Positions 37,150 to 45,742 of a stretch of 64,000 nucleotides of DNA are shown one piece after another. The stretch lies in the NCBI GenBank assembly GCA_030650395.1, contig JAUSDY010000171.1, forward strand, positions 6,554 to 70,553, in the 5' to 3' direction. Below the pieces are notes generated by a model, which saw nothing but the letters and a program-made list of their open reading frames with translations, did no database searches and had not been told where the DNA came from. The stretch is from Acidobacteriota bacterium (GTDB lineage: Bacteria > Acidobacteriota > Vicinamibacteria > Vicinamibacterales > UBA2999). Both the position numbers and the translations under genes were made by a program. Every line of letters starts with the position of its first letter. Position 1 is the stretch's first letter.

Positions 37150-37234
37150 CGCGGTGCCGTAGCGCGGAACTTTAGTTCCGCGATCGCCCACACGGATTTC
37201 GCCGGTCCATAGCGGACCTAAAGGTCCGCTCTAC
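37146..37234. repeat. cluster of GTAG-headed stem-loops (REP-like)
   Basis: Partial head gtagcgcggtgcc (37146-58, including the FKBP TAG stop). Then gtag-cgcggaac-ttta-gttccgcg (37159-82) and the inverted agcggacc-taaa-ggtccgct-ctac (37211-34). Confidence 0.9.
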
Positions 37235-37243
37235 CTGTCACGT

Positions 37244-38581
37244 TTAGCGCGGAAAGCGTCCGAGCGCGACGAGCAATTCCAGGCGCGCTTGCCGCACCGC
37301 ATCCTCGCCCTGCGCGACGATGGTCTCGAGATCGCGCACCGAGCGTTGCGCATCGATCACCTCGATGTTGGTCGTGGACCCGGCATCGAAGGCGATGATC
37401 GTGATCTTCAAGACTTCGTTGGCGTGCTGTGCCGCCTGCCGCGCGCGCACCAGCGCGCGCTCCTGGGCCTCGACCGCCGCGCGCGCGACGCGCACTTCCG
37501 ACCGCGCCCGGATCTGCACCTGCTCCAGTGAGAACGACGACGCCTGCAAGCTCGCCTCGCGCTGGCGCCGCACCGCGCGGCGCGAGCCGGCGTCGTAGAG
37601 CGGCTGCGACACCTGGAACGACAGGCTCCAGCTGCGCGACGGCTGAAAGAGGCCCGACGGCGCGAGCAGCTGCGGGCCGAAGGTGACGGCCGCCGCCGGC
37701 CACCAGTCTTTCGAGCTGTCGTGAACGACCCGATCGCTCGCCTCGCGTTCGGCGGTGAACAGCTGCACGTCGGTTCGACCCGGCATCCATTCAGCCTCGG
37801 CAGTTTCAACCGGCACCTCGAAGGCCGGCTCGCCATTCACATCGACCGGCGCATTCGCGGCCAGCAGAACACCGAGCGCCTCTTGCGCGCGCCTGACGTT
37901 GAGGCGAAAGATTTCGACCAGCGCTTCGTTGCTCGCGAGGATCTGCGCCGACCGCAGCTCGTTCAACCGGCTGCCGACGCCGCCTTCACGCCGCCTGGTG
38001 TTGTAGTCGAGTTGTCCGCGCGCGGTCTGGATCGCGTTCACGCTCACCTCGACCTGCCGCTTCTGCGCGATCACGGCAAGATAGGCTGACGCGGTCGCGA
38101 CCGCGATTTGGCGGCGCGTCTCTGTGGTCGACAGGCGCGCAATCTCGACCTGGTCGAGCGCCTGCGCGCGTGCGGCCCACTGTGCGGCCGCGAGGATGGG
38201 CGCGGTGGCCGAGAGTCCGAACAGGGTCTGGTTCTGCGGCTGCACCGTTTCGCCGCCGAACGAGCGGCCGCTGTCGAGCGTGGTGTTGGTGATGTTGGCG
38301 CCGAGGCGCGGCATCACCGCCGCGCGGACCTGCTGCAGGATGGCTTCGGAGCGCAGGATGTTGGTCGAGGCAATCGCGATCGTCGGGTTCTTCTCCAACG
38401 CGCGCGCGATGGCCTCGTCGAACGTCACGGTTTCCACGGGTACCCCGAGGGCTTGAGGGCTCGAGGGCTTGAGCCTGCCCTGAGCGAAGGTGACTCCGCT
38501 TGCGGAGTCGGCTGAGTCGAAGGGGGCTTGAGAGCCCTGCGCCAACGCAGGCGTGGCGAACGACACCGCCAGCAACAACAT
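37244..38581 (-). CDS. alternative model: separately initiated TolC/OprM-like outer-membrane efflux protein
   Basis: In-frame ATG 38581 (GTG 38584) opens MLLLAVSFATPALAQG..., followed by two OMF repeat halves. This model is nested in the long ORF. Confidence 0.4.
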   Translation of the reverse strand: MLLLAVSFATPALAQGSQAPFDSADSASGVTFAQGRLKPSSPQALGVPVETVTFDEAIARALEKNPTIAIASTNILRSEAILQQVRAAVMPRLGANITNTTLDSGRSFGGETVQPQNQTLFGLSATAPILAAAQWAARAQALDQVEIARLSTTETRRQIAVATASAYLAVIAQKRQVEVSVNAIQTARGQLDYNTRRREGGVGSRLNELRSAQILASNEALVEIFRLNVRRAQEALGVLLAANAPVDVNGEPAFEVPVETAEAEWMPGRTDVQLFTAEREASDRVVHDSSKDWWPAAAVTFGPQLLAPSGLFQPSRSWSLSFQVSQPLYDAGSRRAVRRQREASLQASSFSLEQVQIRARSEVRVARAAVEAQERALVRARQAAQHANEVLKITIIAFDAGSTTNIEVIDAQRSVRDLETIVAQGEDAVRQARLELLVALGRFPR

Positions 38582-41500
38582 CACGGCACCAGCTGCCGCC
38601 GGTGCAGGCGAACCTGACGAACCCGAACGCCGTCCGCGTCCTGGCGCGATCGATCGAATCACGACGTAGAGCACCGGGATGAAGACGATCGACAGGAATG
38701 TCGAGGCCAACATGCCGCCGGCCACCGCGGTGCCGACCGAGTTGCGCGCCGCCGCGCCCGCACCGGTCGCCAGCGCCAGCGGTAGCACGCCGAGGACGAA
38801 GGCCAGCGACGTCATCAGGATCGGCCGCAACCGAATCCGCGCCGACTCGATCGCGGCGTCGACGATCGACAGCCCGCGCCCGCGCAGCTGCTCGGCAAAC
38901 TCGACGATCAGGATCGAGTTCTTCGCCGCCAGCCCGACGAGCAGCACCAGGCCGACCTGGCAGAACACGTCGTTGTTGAAGCCGCGCACCAGCTGCGCAG
39001 ACAGCGCCCCAAATACCGCCAGCGGCACGCCGAGCAGGATGATCAGCGGCAGGACGAACGACTCGTATTGCGCCGACAGCACCAGGTAGACGAGCAGCAG
39101 GCTCAGGCCGAAAATCAACCCGGCCTGGCCGCCGGCCCGGCGCTCCTCAAGCGATTGCCCGGCCCACGCGAAGTCAAACCCCGGCGGCAGATTCGCGCGC
39201 GCCAGGTCCTCCATCGCCTGCAGCGTCTGTCCCGAGCTCTGGCCGGGAGGCGGGTTGCCCGAGATCTCCGCCGACCGGAACAAATTGAAGTGGCTGATCA
39301 CCTGCGGCGCGGTCGTCTCGCGCAGGCGGACGACGCTGTCGAGCGGGATCATGTCGCCGCTCGACGCCCGCGCATACAGCTGCTTCAGGTCGGTCGGGCT
39401 GGCCCGGAACCGTTGATCCGCCTGCACGTAGACGCGGTAGGCGCGGTTGTTGAAATCGAAGTCGTTCACGTACTGCGAGCCCAGGAACACTTGCAGCGCA
39501 TCGGTCACCTCGCGCAGCGGCAGGCCCAGGCTGCGCGCCTTGTCGCGATCGATGTCCACGATCAATTGCGGATCGTCGGCACGGAAGCTGCTGAAGGCGC
39601 CCTGGACTTTTCCACTCTGATTGGCCGCCCCCATCAAGCCGAAGGTGGCGCCCGCCAGCGTGTTGATGTCGTTGGAGCCGGTTTGATCCAGCACTTCGAA
39701 CTGGAAGCCACCGAAGGCACCCACCCCCTGGATCGACGGCGGCGGGAACGCGACCACGATGGCGCCGGGAATCATGAAGAGCGGACCGCTCAAGCGCTGC
39801 AGGACCGCCGACAGCGATTGATCTGCATTGGGCCGCTCGGCATAGTCCTTCAGCCGGACGAAGATCATGCCGTTGTTCGGCGCCGCGCCGGAAAAGCTGA
39901 AGCCCATCACGGAAAACGCCGCGGCCACGTCCTTGTCGGCGTAGAGGATCTGCTCGGCCTTCTTGGCAATCTCCGTGGAGTATTCGAGCGACGCCCCGGC
40001 GGGCGCCTGCACGATCGCCATGAAAAACCCTTCGTCTTCCTGCGGCACGAACGACGAGGGCACCATCTGGAACACCGTCCACGTCGCCCACAGCCCGCCG
40101 GCAAACAGCAGCAGCATCGCGTATCGCAGCCGCAACGCCCCGCGCACGAGGCGGACGTAGCCGTTGGTCCCGGCATCGACGACGCGATTGAATCCGGTGA
40201 AGAAGCGGCCGTGCGTGTGCGACTCCTTGTCGAGCAGCAGCGCCGCCAGCGCGGGCGTCAGCGTCACGGCGTTGAACACCGACAACACCACCGAAAACGC
40301 GATGGTCAGCGAGAACTGCTGATACAAGCGCCCGGTCACGCCGGGGAAGAACGCCACGGGCACGAACACCGCCACCAGCACGATGCCAATCACGACCACC
40401 GCGCCAAACACTTCGCGCATCGCGTCAACAGCGGCCTGCCGCGCCGACTTGTGAAACTCGCGCATGTGCCGCTCGATGTTCTCGATCACCACAATCGCAT
40501 CGTCGACCACGATGCCGGTGGCCAGCACGATGCCGAACAGCGTCAGCGTGTTGATCGAGAAGTCGAACAGCTTGATGAAGGCGAACGTCCCGATCAGTGA
40601 CACCGGGATCGTGATGGCCGGAATGATCGTGCTCCGCCAGTTCTGCAGGAACAGGAACATCACCAGGATCACAAGGCCGATCGCTTCCGCGAGCGTCCAC
40701 AGCACTTCGACGATCGATTCGCGCACGACGACGACGTTGTCGAAGGCGACCTGCCACTCGAGGCCCGGCGGGAAGCTCAGCTTGAGCCGATCCATCTCGG
40801 CGACCACGCCTCTGAACACTTCGATCGCATTGGCCGAGGGCAGCAGCGAAATGCCGATGCCCTGGGCTTCGAGGCCGAGGAACCGCAGGTTGGACGAATA
40901 GGTTTCGGCGCCGAGCTCGACACGGCCGACGTTTTTCACGCGCACCAGCGCGCCGTCCTTGCCGGCCTTGACGACGACGTCCTCGAACTCGGGCGCCTCG
41001 GACAGACGGCCCATGGCGCGCACGCTGATGGTGTATTGCTGACCGACAGTAGCCGGCGCATCACCCAGCGCGCCCGCGGCCACCTGCACGTTCTGTTCGC
41101 GCAGCGCGCCCAGCACATCGGCCGCCGTGATGTTGTGGCCCGCCAGCTTCGACGGATCGAGCCAGAGCCGCATCGCGAACTTGCGCTCGCCGAACACGAT
41201 CACGTCGCCGACGCCGGGGACACGCTTGATCGCGTCGCGGATGTACAAGTCGATGTAGTTGCTGATGAACAGGCTCGAATAGCGGTTGTCCTTCGAAAAG
41301 AACCCGAGCCCGCCGATGAAGCCGCTAGCGACCTTGACGACCGAAATGCCGTTCTGGCGCACCTCCGCCGGCATGCGGCCGAGCGCCTGGTTGACGCGGT
41401 TCTGCACGTCGACGGCCGCGAGATCCTGATCGCGATCGACGTCGAACGTGACGGTGATCGTCGCAAAGCCGCTGTTGGTGCTGGACGAGGTCATGTAGCT

Positions 41501-41728
41501 CATGCCCTCGACGCCGTTGATGGCCTGCTCGAGCGGGGTGGTCACCGCGCTCTCGACGGCTTGCGCGTTGGCACCGGTATAGAACGCGGACACCGTGACC
41601 GCCGGCGGCGCCAGGTCCGGATAGCGGGCAATCGGCAGCGTCGGAATCGACACCGCGCCGGCGAGGATGATCAGCAGCGAGCAGACCGTTGAGAGGACGG
41701 GCCTGCGAATGAACACGTCGGCCATCAT
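37244..41728 (-). CDS. RND (AcrB/MexB-type) efflux permease continuing without a stop codon into a TolC/OprM-like outer-membrane factor (single 1494-codon ORF)
   Basis: The first ~1048 codons are typical HAE1 RND (MMADVFIRRPVLS...). Then come a G/S/P/A linker, a signal-like segment VMLLLAVSFATPALA-QG and ~430 codons of OMF repeats. No in-frame stop separates them. Confidence 0.8.
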   Translation of the reverse strand: MMADVFIRRPVLSTVCSLLIILAGAVSIPTLPIARYPDLAPPAVTVSAFYTGANAQAVESAVTTPLEQAINGVEGMSYMTSSSTNSGFATITVTFDVDRDQDLAAVDVQNRVNQALGRMPAEVRQNGISVVKVASGFIGGLGFFSKDNRYSSLFISNYIDLYIRDAIKRVPGVGDVIVFGERKFAMRLWLDPSKLAGHNITAADVLGALREQNVQVAAGALGDAPATVGQQYTISVRAMGRLSEAPEFEDVVVKAGKDGALVRVKNVGRVELGAETYSSNLRFLGLEAQGIGISLLPSANAIEVFRGVVAEMDRLKLSFPPGLEWQVAFDNVVVVRESIVEVLWTLAEAIGLVILVMFLFLQNWRSTIIPAITIPVSLIGTFAFIKLFDFSINTLTLFGIVLATGIVVDDAIVVIENIERHMREFHKSARQAAVDAMREVFGAVVVIGIVLVAVFVPVAFFPGVTGRLYQQFSLTIAFSVVLSVFNAVTLTPALAALLLDKESHTHGRFFTGFNRVVDAGTNGYVRLVRGALRLRYAMLLLFAGGLWATWTVFQMVPSSFVPQEDEGFFMAIVQAPAGASLEYSTEIAKKAEQILYADKDVAAAFSVMGFSFSGAAPNNGMIFVRLKDYAERPNADQSLSAVLQRLSGPLFMIPGAIVVAFPPPSIQGVGAFGGFQFEVLDQTGSNDINTLAGATFGLMGAANQSGKVQGAFSSFRADDPQLIVDIDRDKARSLGLPLREVTDALQVFLGSQYVNDFDFNNRAYRVYVQADQRFRASPTDLKQLYARASSGDMIPLDSVVRLRETTAPQVISHFNLFRSAEISGNPPPGQSSGQTLQAMEDLARANLPPGFDFAWAGQSLEERRAGGQAGLIFGLSLLLVYLVLSAQYESFVLPLIILLGVPLAVFGALSAQLVRGFNNDVFCQVGLVLLVGLAAKNSILIVEFAEQLRGRGLSIVDAAIESARIRLRPILMTSLAFVLGVLPLALATGAGAAARNSVGTAVAGGMLASTFLSIVFIPVLYVVIRSIAPGRGRRSGSSGSPAPAAAGAVMLLLAVSFATPALAQGSQAPFDSADSASGVTFAQGRLKPSSPQALGVPVETVTFDEAIARALEKNPTIAIASTNILRSEAILQQVRAAVMPRLGANITNTTLDSGRSFGGETVQPQNQTLFGLSATAPILAAAQWAARAQALDQVEIARLSTTETRRQIAVATASAYLAVIAQKRQVEVSVNAIQTARGQLDYNTRRREGGVGSRLNELRSAQILASNEALVEIFRLNVRRAQEALGVLLAANAPVDVNGEPAFEVPVETAEAEWMPGRTDVQLFTAEREASDRVVHDSSKDWWPAAAVTFGPQLLAPSGLFQPSRSWSLSFQVSQPLYDAGSRRAVRRQREASLQASSFSLEQVQIRARSEVRVARAAVEAQERALVRARQAAQHANEVLKITIIAFDAGSTTNIEVIDAQRSVRDLETIVAQGEDAVRQARLELLVALGRFPR
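38445..38537. repeat. compound element (GGGCTTGA words + flank-conserved/variable-stem unit) inside the OMF coding region
   Basis: gagggcttgagggctcgagggcttgag + ccctgagcgaagg-t-gactccg-cttg-cggagtc-ggct-gagtcgaaggg + ggcttgagagccc. Translated as SQAPFDSADSASGVTFAQGRLKPSSPQALG. Confidence 0.85.
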
Positions 41729-41731
41729 AAT

Positions 41732-41794
41732 TAGGTGCCTCGGGTGCCTAGGGTGCCTAAGGTGCCTAGGGTGCTTTGGGTGCCTGAGGTGCGG
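41732..41794. repeat. tandem 9-mer array (NNGGTGCCT x7) spanning the MFP stop and the MFP-RND spacer
   Basis: taggtgcct cgggtgcct agggtgcct aaggtgcct agggtgctt tgggtgcct gaggtgcgg. On the minus strand it encodes the MFP tail PQAPKAP, then TAG-containing repeats. Confidence 0.9.
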
Positions 41795-42914
41795 CGCCGG
41801 CAGGCGCCGGCATCACGGGCGCGCCGTCGCGAATTTTTTGCAGCCCCGACACGATCAGCTGCTCGCCGGCCACGAGGCCCTTGCGCACGACGTAGTCGTT
41901 GCCGACGATCTCACCGAGGTCGACCGGCTTCTGCTTGGCGACCATGCCCTGACCGTCCTTCTCCGCCACGAACGCGAAGTACTGGGCGTTGATGCGAAGC
42001 ACCGCGGTGACGGGCACGGTGAGGCCGGGCGCATCCGACCACACCACGCGCGCGCGCACGAACTGATCGGCGCGGAACTGGCCGCGGCCTTCGACGAGCG
42101 GCGCTTTCGCGAGCACGGTCTGCGTTTCATCCACGTTGGGCGAGATGAACGAGATCTGGTTGGTGGCGATCACTTGCCCGCGATCGTCCATGAGCCGGAC
42201 CGGCAGGCCGACCCTGAGCCCGGGCGCCTGCTGCACGGGCACGTTGATGTAGAGCTCGAGCACGTCGTTCTCGTCGACGGTGGTGAGCACGGTGCTCTTG
42301 GTGACGCGGTCGCCGACCACCACCTGGATGTCGCCGACCACCCCCGGGCTTGGCGCGGTGACGCGGTAATAGGCCAGCATGCTGCGCTGCTGCTTGATCT
42401 GATCGTCGAGCGCCTTCAATTGCGCTTCGGTGGTGCGAACCGAGGTTTCGTATTGCTCGACCTCGCGCTGGCTGACGGCGCCGGCCTCGTGCAGGGTCTT
42501 GTTGCGTTGCACCTGTTGCCGCGCGAATTCGAGCTCGGCTTCGCGCATCGGGCGCATCGATTGCAGCGACGCGAGGGCGGATTGTTCGGGCGCCGAGTCG
42601 ATCTCGAACAGCACGGCGCCTTGGGAGACACGCTCACCCGATCGCACCGCGATGCGGGTGAGGTGTCCTTCGGCCTGCGGTTGGATCGTTGTCGATCGCC
42701 GAGATTTGAGCGAGGCGACGAACTCGCTCGTTTGTTCCACCGGCTTATTAGCCAGCGTGATCAGTTCCACCGGCATCGGCGGCATACCGCCACCGGGCGG
42801 GACCGCCGGCTGTCCGCCTTCCGGCGCGCCACCGCATGCGACTATGGACGAACATAAAGCGAATGCGACGGCCGCGCGTCGGAGGTCAGGAGCGGTATGT
42901 AGGTGGAAAGTCAT
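41766..42914 (-). CDS. efflux RND periplasmic adaptor (membrane fusion protein) lipoprotein
   Basis: Lipobox SSIVACGG with HlyD/MFP barrel-sandwich and hairpin regions. Immediately upstream of the RND gene. Confidence 0.9.
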   Translation of the reverse strand: MTFHLHTAPDLRRAAVAFALCSSIVACGGAPEGGQPAVPPGGGMPPMPVELITLANKPVEQTSEFVASLKSRRSTTIQPQAEGHLTRIAVRSGERVSQGAVLFEIDSAPEQSALASLQSMRPMREAELEFARQQVQRNKTLHEAGAVSQREVEQYETSVRTTEAQLKALDDQIKQQRSMLAYYRVTAPSPGVVGDIQVVVGDRVTKSTVLTTVDENDVLELYINVPVQQAPGLRVGLPVRLMDDRGQVIATNQISFISPNVDETQTVLAKAPLVEGRGQFRADQFVRARVVWSDAPGLTVPVTAVLRINAQYFAFVAEKDGQGMVAKQKPVDLGEIVGNDYVVRKGLVAGEQLIVSGLQKIRDGAPVMPAPAGAAPQAPKAP

Positions 42915-43006
42915 GGTGTTAGGCGGATCTCGATGAGACGTAGAAAAAGCGAACCTCTACTATACGATGAAGTCACAAAAGATGGCAAATACGCGGGCGG
43001 TCCACA

Positions 43007-43870
43007 ATGGGTGAGATGCAGGACGTACTGAAGGGTTTCAGCCGCGGGATGTACAGCAACTGGATGTGGCACAAGCCGCTGCAGCTGCTCGTCGATGCCG
43101 GCGAAGGCCTGCAGCTCGCTCTCGGCTCCAATGTGTTCTCCCCATCAGTGCTCGCCGTCACCCACGGCCACTCCGATCACGTCATGGGGATCCCGGGCCT
43201 GATCGCATCCAGGCGCTTCGGCAAGGGCGCGGTCGACAAGCCGCTGACCGTCTACTATCCGGAACAATCGCGCGGCGTGCAGGGCGTTCGCGAGCTGCTC
43301 GGCATTTCCTACGCGGGCGTGGTGTTCCCCGTGACCTGGACGGCGCTCACGGCCGGCGCGATCGTGCCGCTGGGAAAGACGCGAAGCCTGCATGCCTTTG
43401 CGGTGCGGCACACGGCCGCTGAACCAGCGCTTGGCTATAAAGTGGTCGAGACCAGACGGCGGCTCAAGCCGGAGTTTGCCGCCTTGACGCAGGCAGAGGT
43501 CGAGGCCAGTGCGCGCCAAGGCCGGCGCGACGAGCTGCTCGAGGAGATGGCGCACGTCACGTTCGCGCATTCCGGGGATGCCATGCCGATCGACCCCGCG
43601 CTCGTGGCCGGCGCCGATCTGCTGGTGCATGACGCGACCTTTCTGAGCGAGCCCGATCGGCGCGAGCCGATTCACGCCACCACCGAAGAAGCCCTCGAGG
43701 TCGCGCGCGCGGCGGCCGTCAAGACGTTGGTGCTGTACCACCTCTCGATTCGCTACGATCGGGCCACGGCCCTTCCCATCCTTCGCGCGCAAGTCGCTGC
43801 CAGCGGTTTCACAGGCGAGTGCCTGCTGCTCGATGAGGGCGAATTCATCGAAATAACCAAGAACCAATAA
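43007..43870 (+). CDS. MBL-fold metallo-hydrolase (RNase Z/ElaC-like)
   Basis: THGHSDH (HxHxDH) motif and later His/Asp ligands (HDATF, YHLS). 287 aa. Confidence 0.7.
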   Translation: MGEMQDVLKGFSRGMYSNWMWHKPLQLLVDAGEGLQLALGSNVFSPSVLAVTHGHSDHVMGIPGLIASRRFGKGAVDKPLTVYYPEQSRGVQGVRELLGISYAGVVFPVTWTALTAGAIVPLGKTRSLHAFAVRHTAAEPALGYKVVETRRRLKPEFAALTQAEVEASARQGRRDELLEEMAHVTFAHSGDAMPIDPALVAGADLLVHDATFLSEPDRREPIHATTEEALEVARAAAVKTLVLYHLSIRYDRATALPILRAQVAASGFTGECLLLDEGEFIEITKNQ

Positions 43871-43935
43871 CCAATAACCAAAACGGAGAGCCGCCTTTCG
43901 TTATTTCTTTATTCGTTATTTGTTATTCTTCTTAG
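43850..43935. repeat. AATAACCAA-word element (A-rich arm then T-rich arm)
   Basis: gaaataaccaagaaccaataaccaataaccaaaacg ... cgttatttctttattcgttatttgttattcttctt. The left arm encodes the MBL tail ITKNQ and its stop. Arm complementarity is only partial. Confidence 0.75.
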
Positions 43936-43938
43936 ATC

Positions 43939-44232
43939 GTGTCGACCCTTAGCCCCCAGGATGTCAAGCGGATCGCGGAGCTGGCGCGCCTCGAGCTGAG
44001 CGCCGCCGAGCTCGATCTGTTCACGCGGCAGCTCGGCGACATCCTCGCCTACGTCGAGCAGATCCGCACGCTCGACACCACCGGCGTGCCGCCGACATCG
44101 TCCGTGCTCAATCGTCCGGTGGATCGCGCCGACGAGCCGCGGCCGTCGCTGTCGCGCGCCGACCTGCTGCGCAACGCCCCCGATGCCGCGCCGGAAGCGG
44201 GCCTCTTCAAAGTGCCCCGAGTGATCGGATGA
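43939..44232 (+). CDS. gatC: Asp/Glu-tRNA(Asn/Gln) amidotransferase subunit C
   Basis: [35 protein letters not shown], a typical GatC. GTG start. Confidence 0.9.
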   Translation: MSTLSPQDVKRIAELARLELSAAELDLFTRQLGDILAYVEQIRTLDTTGVPPTSSVLNRPVDRADEPRPSLSRADLLRNAPDAAPEAGLFKVPRVIG

Positions 44233-44292
44233 TCCACCTTCGCCAAGGCTTCCACCTCCGCCAAGGCTACGGCGGACAAGACGGCGGACGAG
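44233..44292. repeat. tandem-word spacer element between gatC and gatA
   Basis: 2 x 18-mer tccacct(t/c)cgccaaggct followed by 2 x 12-mer acggcggac(a/g)ag. tccgcc / ggcgga are complementary. Confidence 0.8.
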
Positions 44293-44296
44293 CCCT

Positions 44297-45742
44297 ATGA
44301 CCCTACGGGAGCTAACGATACAGCTGGCGGACGGCGCGAGCGCCGTGACGATCGTCGAAGCGTGTCTCGAGCGCATCAAGACCGCTGAGCCGTCGATCGG
44401 CGCCTTCATCACCGTGACCGCGGAGCGCGCGCTCGATCGCGCGCGGGCGCTGGATGCGGCGCGTGCGAAAGGCGGCCCGCTGCACGGCGTGCCGGTCGCG
44501 CTCAAAGACAACATCTGCACGGCCGGCGTGCCCACGACCGCGGCCTCGAAGATCCTGCGCGGGTTCATTCCGCCGTACGACGCCGCCGTCGTGCAGCGGC
44601 TCGAAGCCGCCGGCGCGGTGATCGTCGGCAAGACCAACCTCGACGAGTTTGCGATGGGCTCCTCCACCGAGAACTCATCGCTCGGCCCGTCGAAGAACCC
44701 GTGGGACGTGACACGCACGCCGGGCGGATCGAGCGGCGGCTCGGCGGCCGCGGTGGCCGCGGGCATGGTCCCGGTCGCGCTCGGGTCCGACACGGGCGGG
44801 TCGATTCGGCAGCCTGCCGCGCTGTGCGGCGTGGTCGGCCTCAAGCCCACCTACGGCCGCGTCTCGCGCTACGGCCTGATCGCCTTTGCGTCTTCGCTCG
44901 ATCAGATCGGTCCCTTCGCGCACACCGCCGCAGACGCCGCGGTGATGTTCAACGTGATTGCCGGCCACGATCCGCGCGACGCTACTTCCTCGACCGAAGC
45001 GATCCCCGACGTGTCAGCGGCACTCACCGGCGACGTCAAGGGTGTGCGCGTGGGCGTGCCACGCGCGTTCCTCGGCGAGGGCGTCGATGACGCGATCTCG
45101 TCGGCCTTCGCCGCATCGCTGGACGTGCTCAAGGCCCGCGGCGCCGTGCTGGTCGACATCGAGCTGCCGCATGCCGGTTACGGCATCCCGGTCTACTACC
45201 TGATCGCCACGGCGGAAGCCTCGTCGAACCTCGCGCGATACGACGGCGTGCGCTACGGCCATCGCGCCGCGCTCGCGGCCGGCGATGGGCTGCGGGAGAT
45301 GTACGAGCGGACACGAGACGAGGGCTTCGGCGCGGAAGTGAAGCGACGCATCATGCTCGGCACTTACGTGCTCAGCGCGGGCTATTACGATGCGTATTAC
45401 TTGAAGGCGCAGCAAGTGCGCACGCTGTTGCGCCGCGACTACGAGCAGGCGTTCGAGCGCGCCGACCTCATCGCCACGCCGACCACGCCGACGCCGGCGT
45501 TCAAGCTGGGGGAGAAAACCAGCGATCCGCTCCAGATGTATTTGAATGACATCTTTACGGTGAGCGCTAACCTCACGGGCCTGCCCGCGATCAGCGTGCC
45601 GTGCGGATTCTCCCGGGACGACCTGCCGATCGGATTGCAGCTGACGGGCCGGATGTTCGACGAGGCGTCGCTGCTGCGCGCGGCCGACGCCTACCAGCGC
45701 GACACTACGTTTCATACCCGGGCGCCCGCGCTTGCCGATTGA
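44297..45742 (+). CDS. gatA: Asp/Glu-tRNA(Asn/Gln) amidotransferase subunit A
   Basis: Amidase signature [12 protein letters not shown] with full-length GatA similarity blocks. Confidence 0.95.
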   Translation: MTLRELTIQLADGASAVTIVEACLERIKTAEPSIGAFITVTAERALDRARALDAARAKGGPLHGVPVALKDNICTAGVPTTAASKILRGFIPPYDAAVVQRLEAAGAVIVGKTNLDEFAMGSSTENSSLGPSKNPWDVTRTPGGSSGGSAAAVAAGMVPVALGSDTGGSIRQPAALCGVVGLKPTYGRVSRYGLIAFASSLDQIGPFAHTAADAAVMFNVIAGHDPRDATSSTEAIPDVSAALTGDVKGVRVGVPRAFLGEGVDDAISSAFAASLDVLKARGAVLVDIELPHAGYGIPVYYLIATAEASSNLARYDGVRYGHRAALAAGDGLREMYERTRDEGFGAEVKRRIMLGTYVLSAGYYDAYYLKAQQVRTLLRRDYEQAFERADLIATPTTPTPAFKLGEKTSDPLQMYLNDIFTVSANLTGLPAISVPCGFSRDDLPIGLQLTGRMFDEASLLRAADAYQRDTTFHTRAPALAD

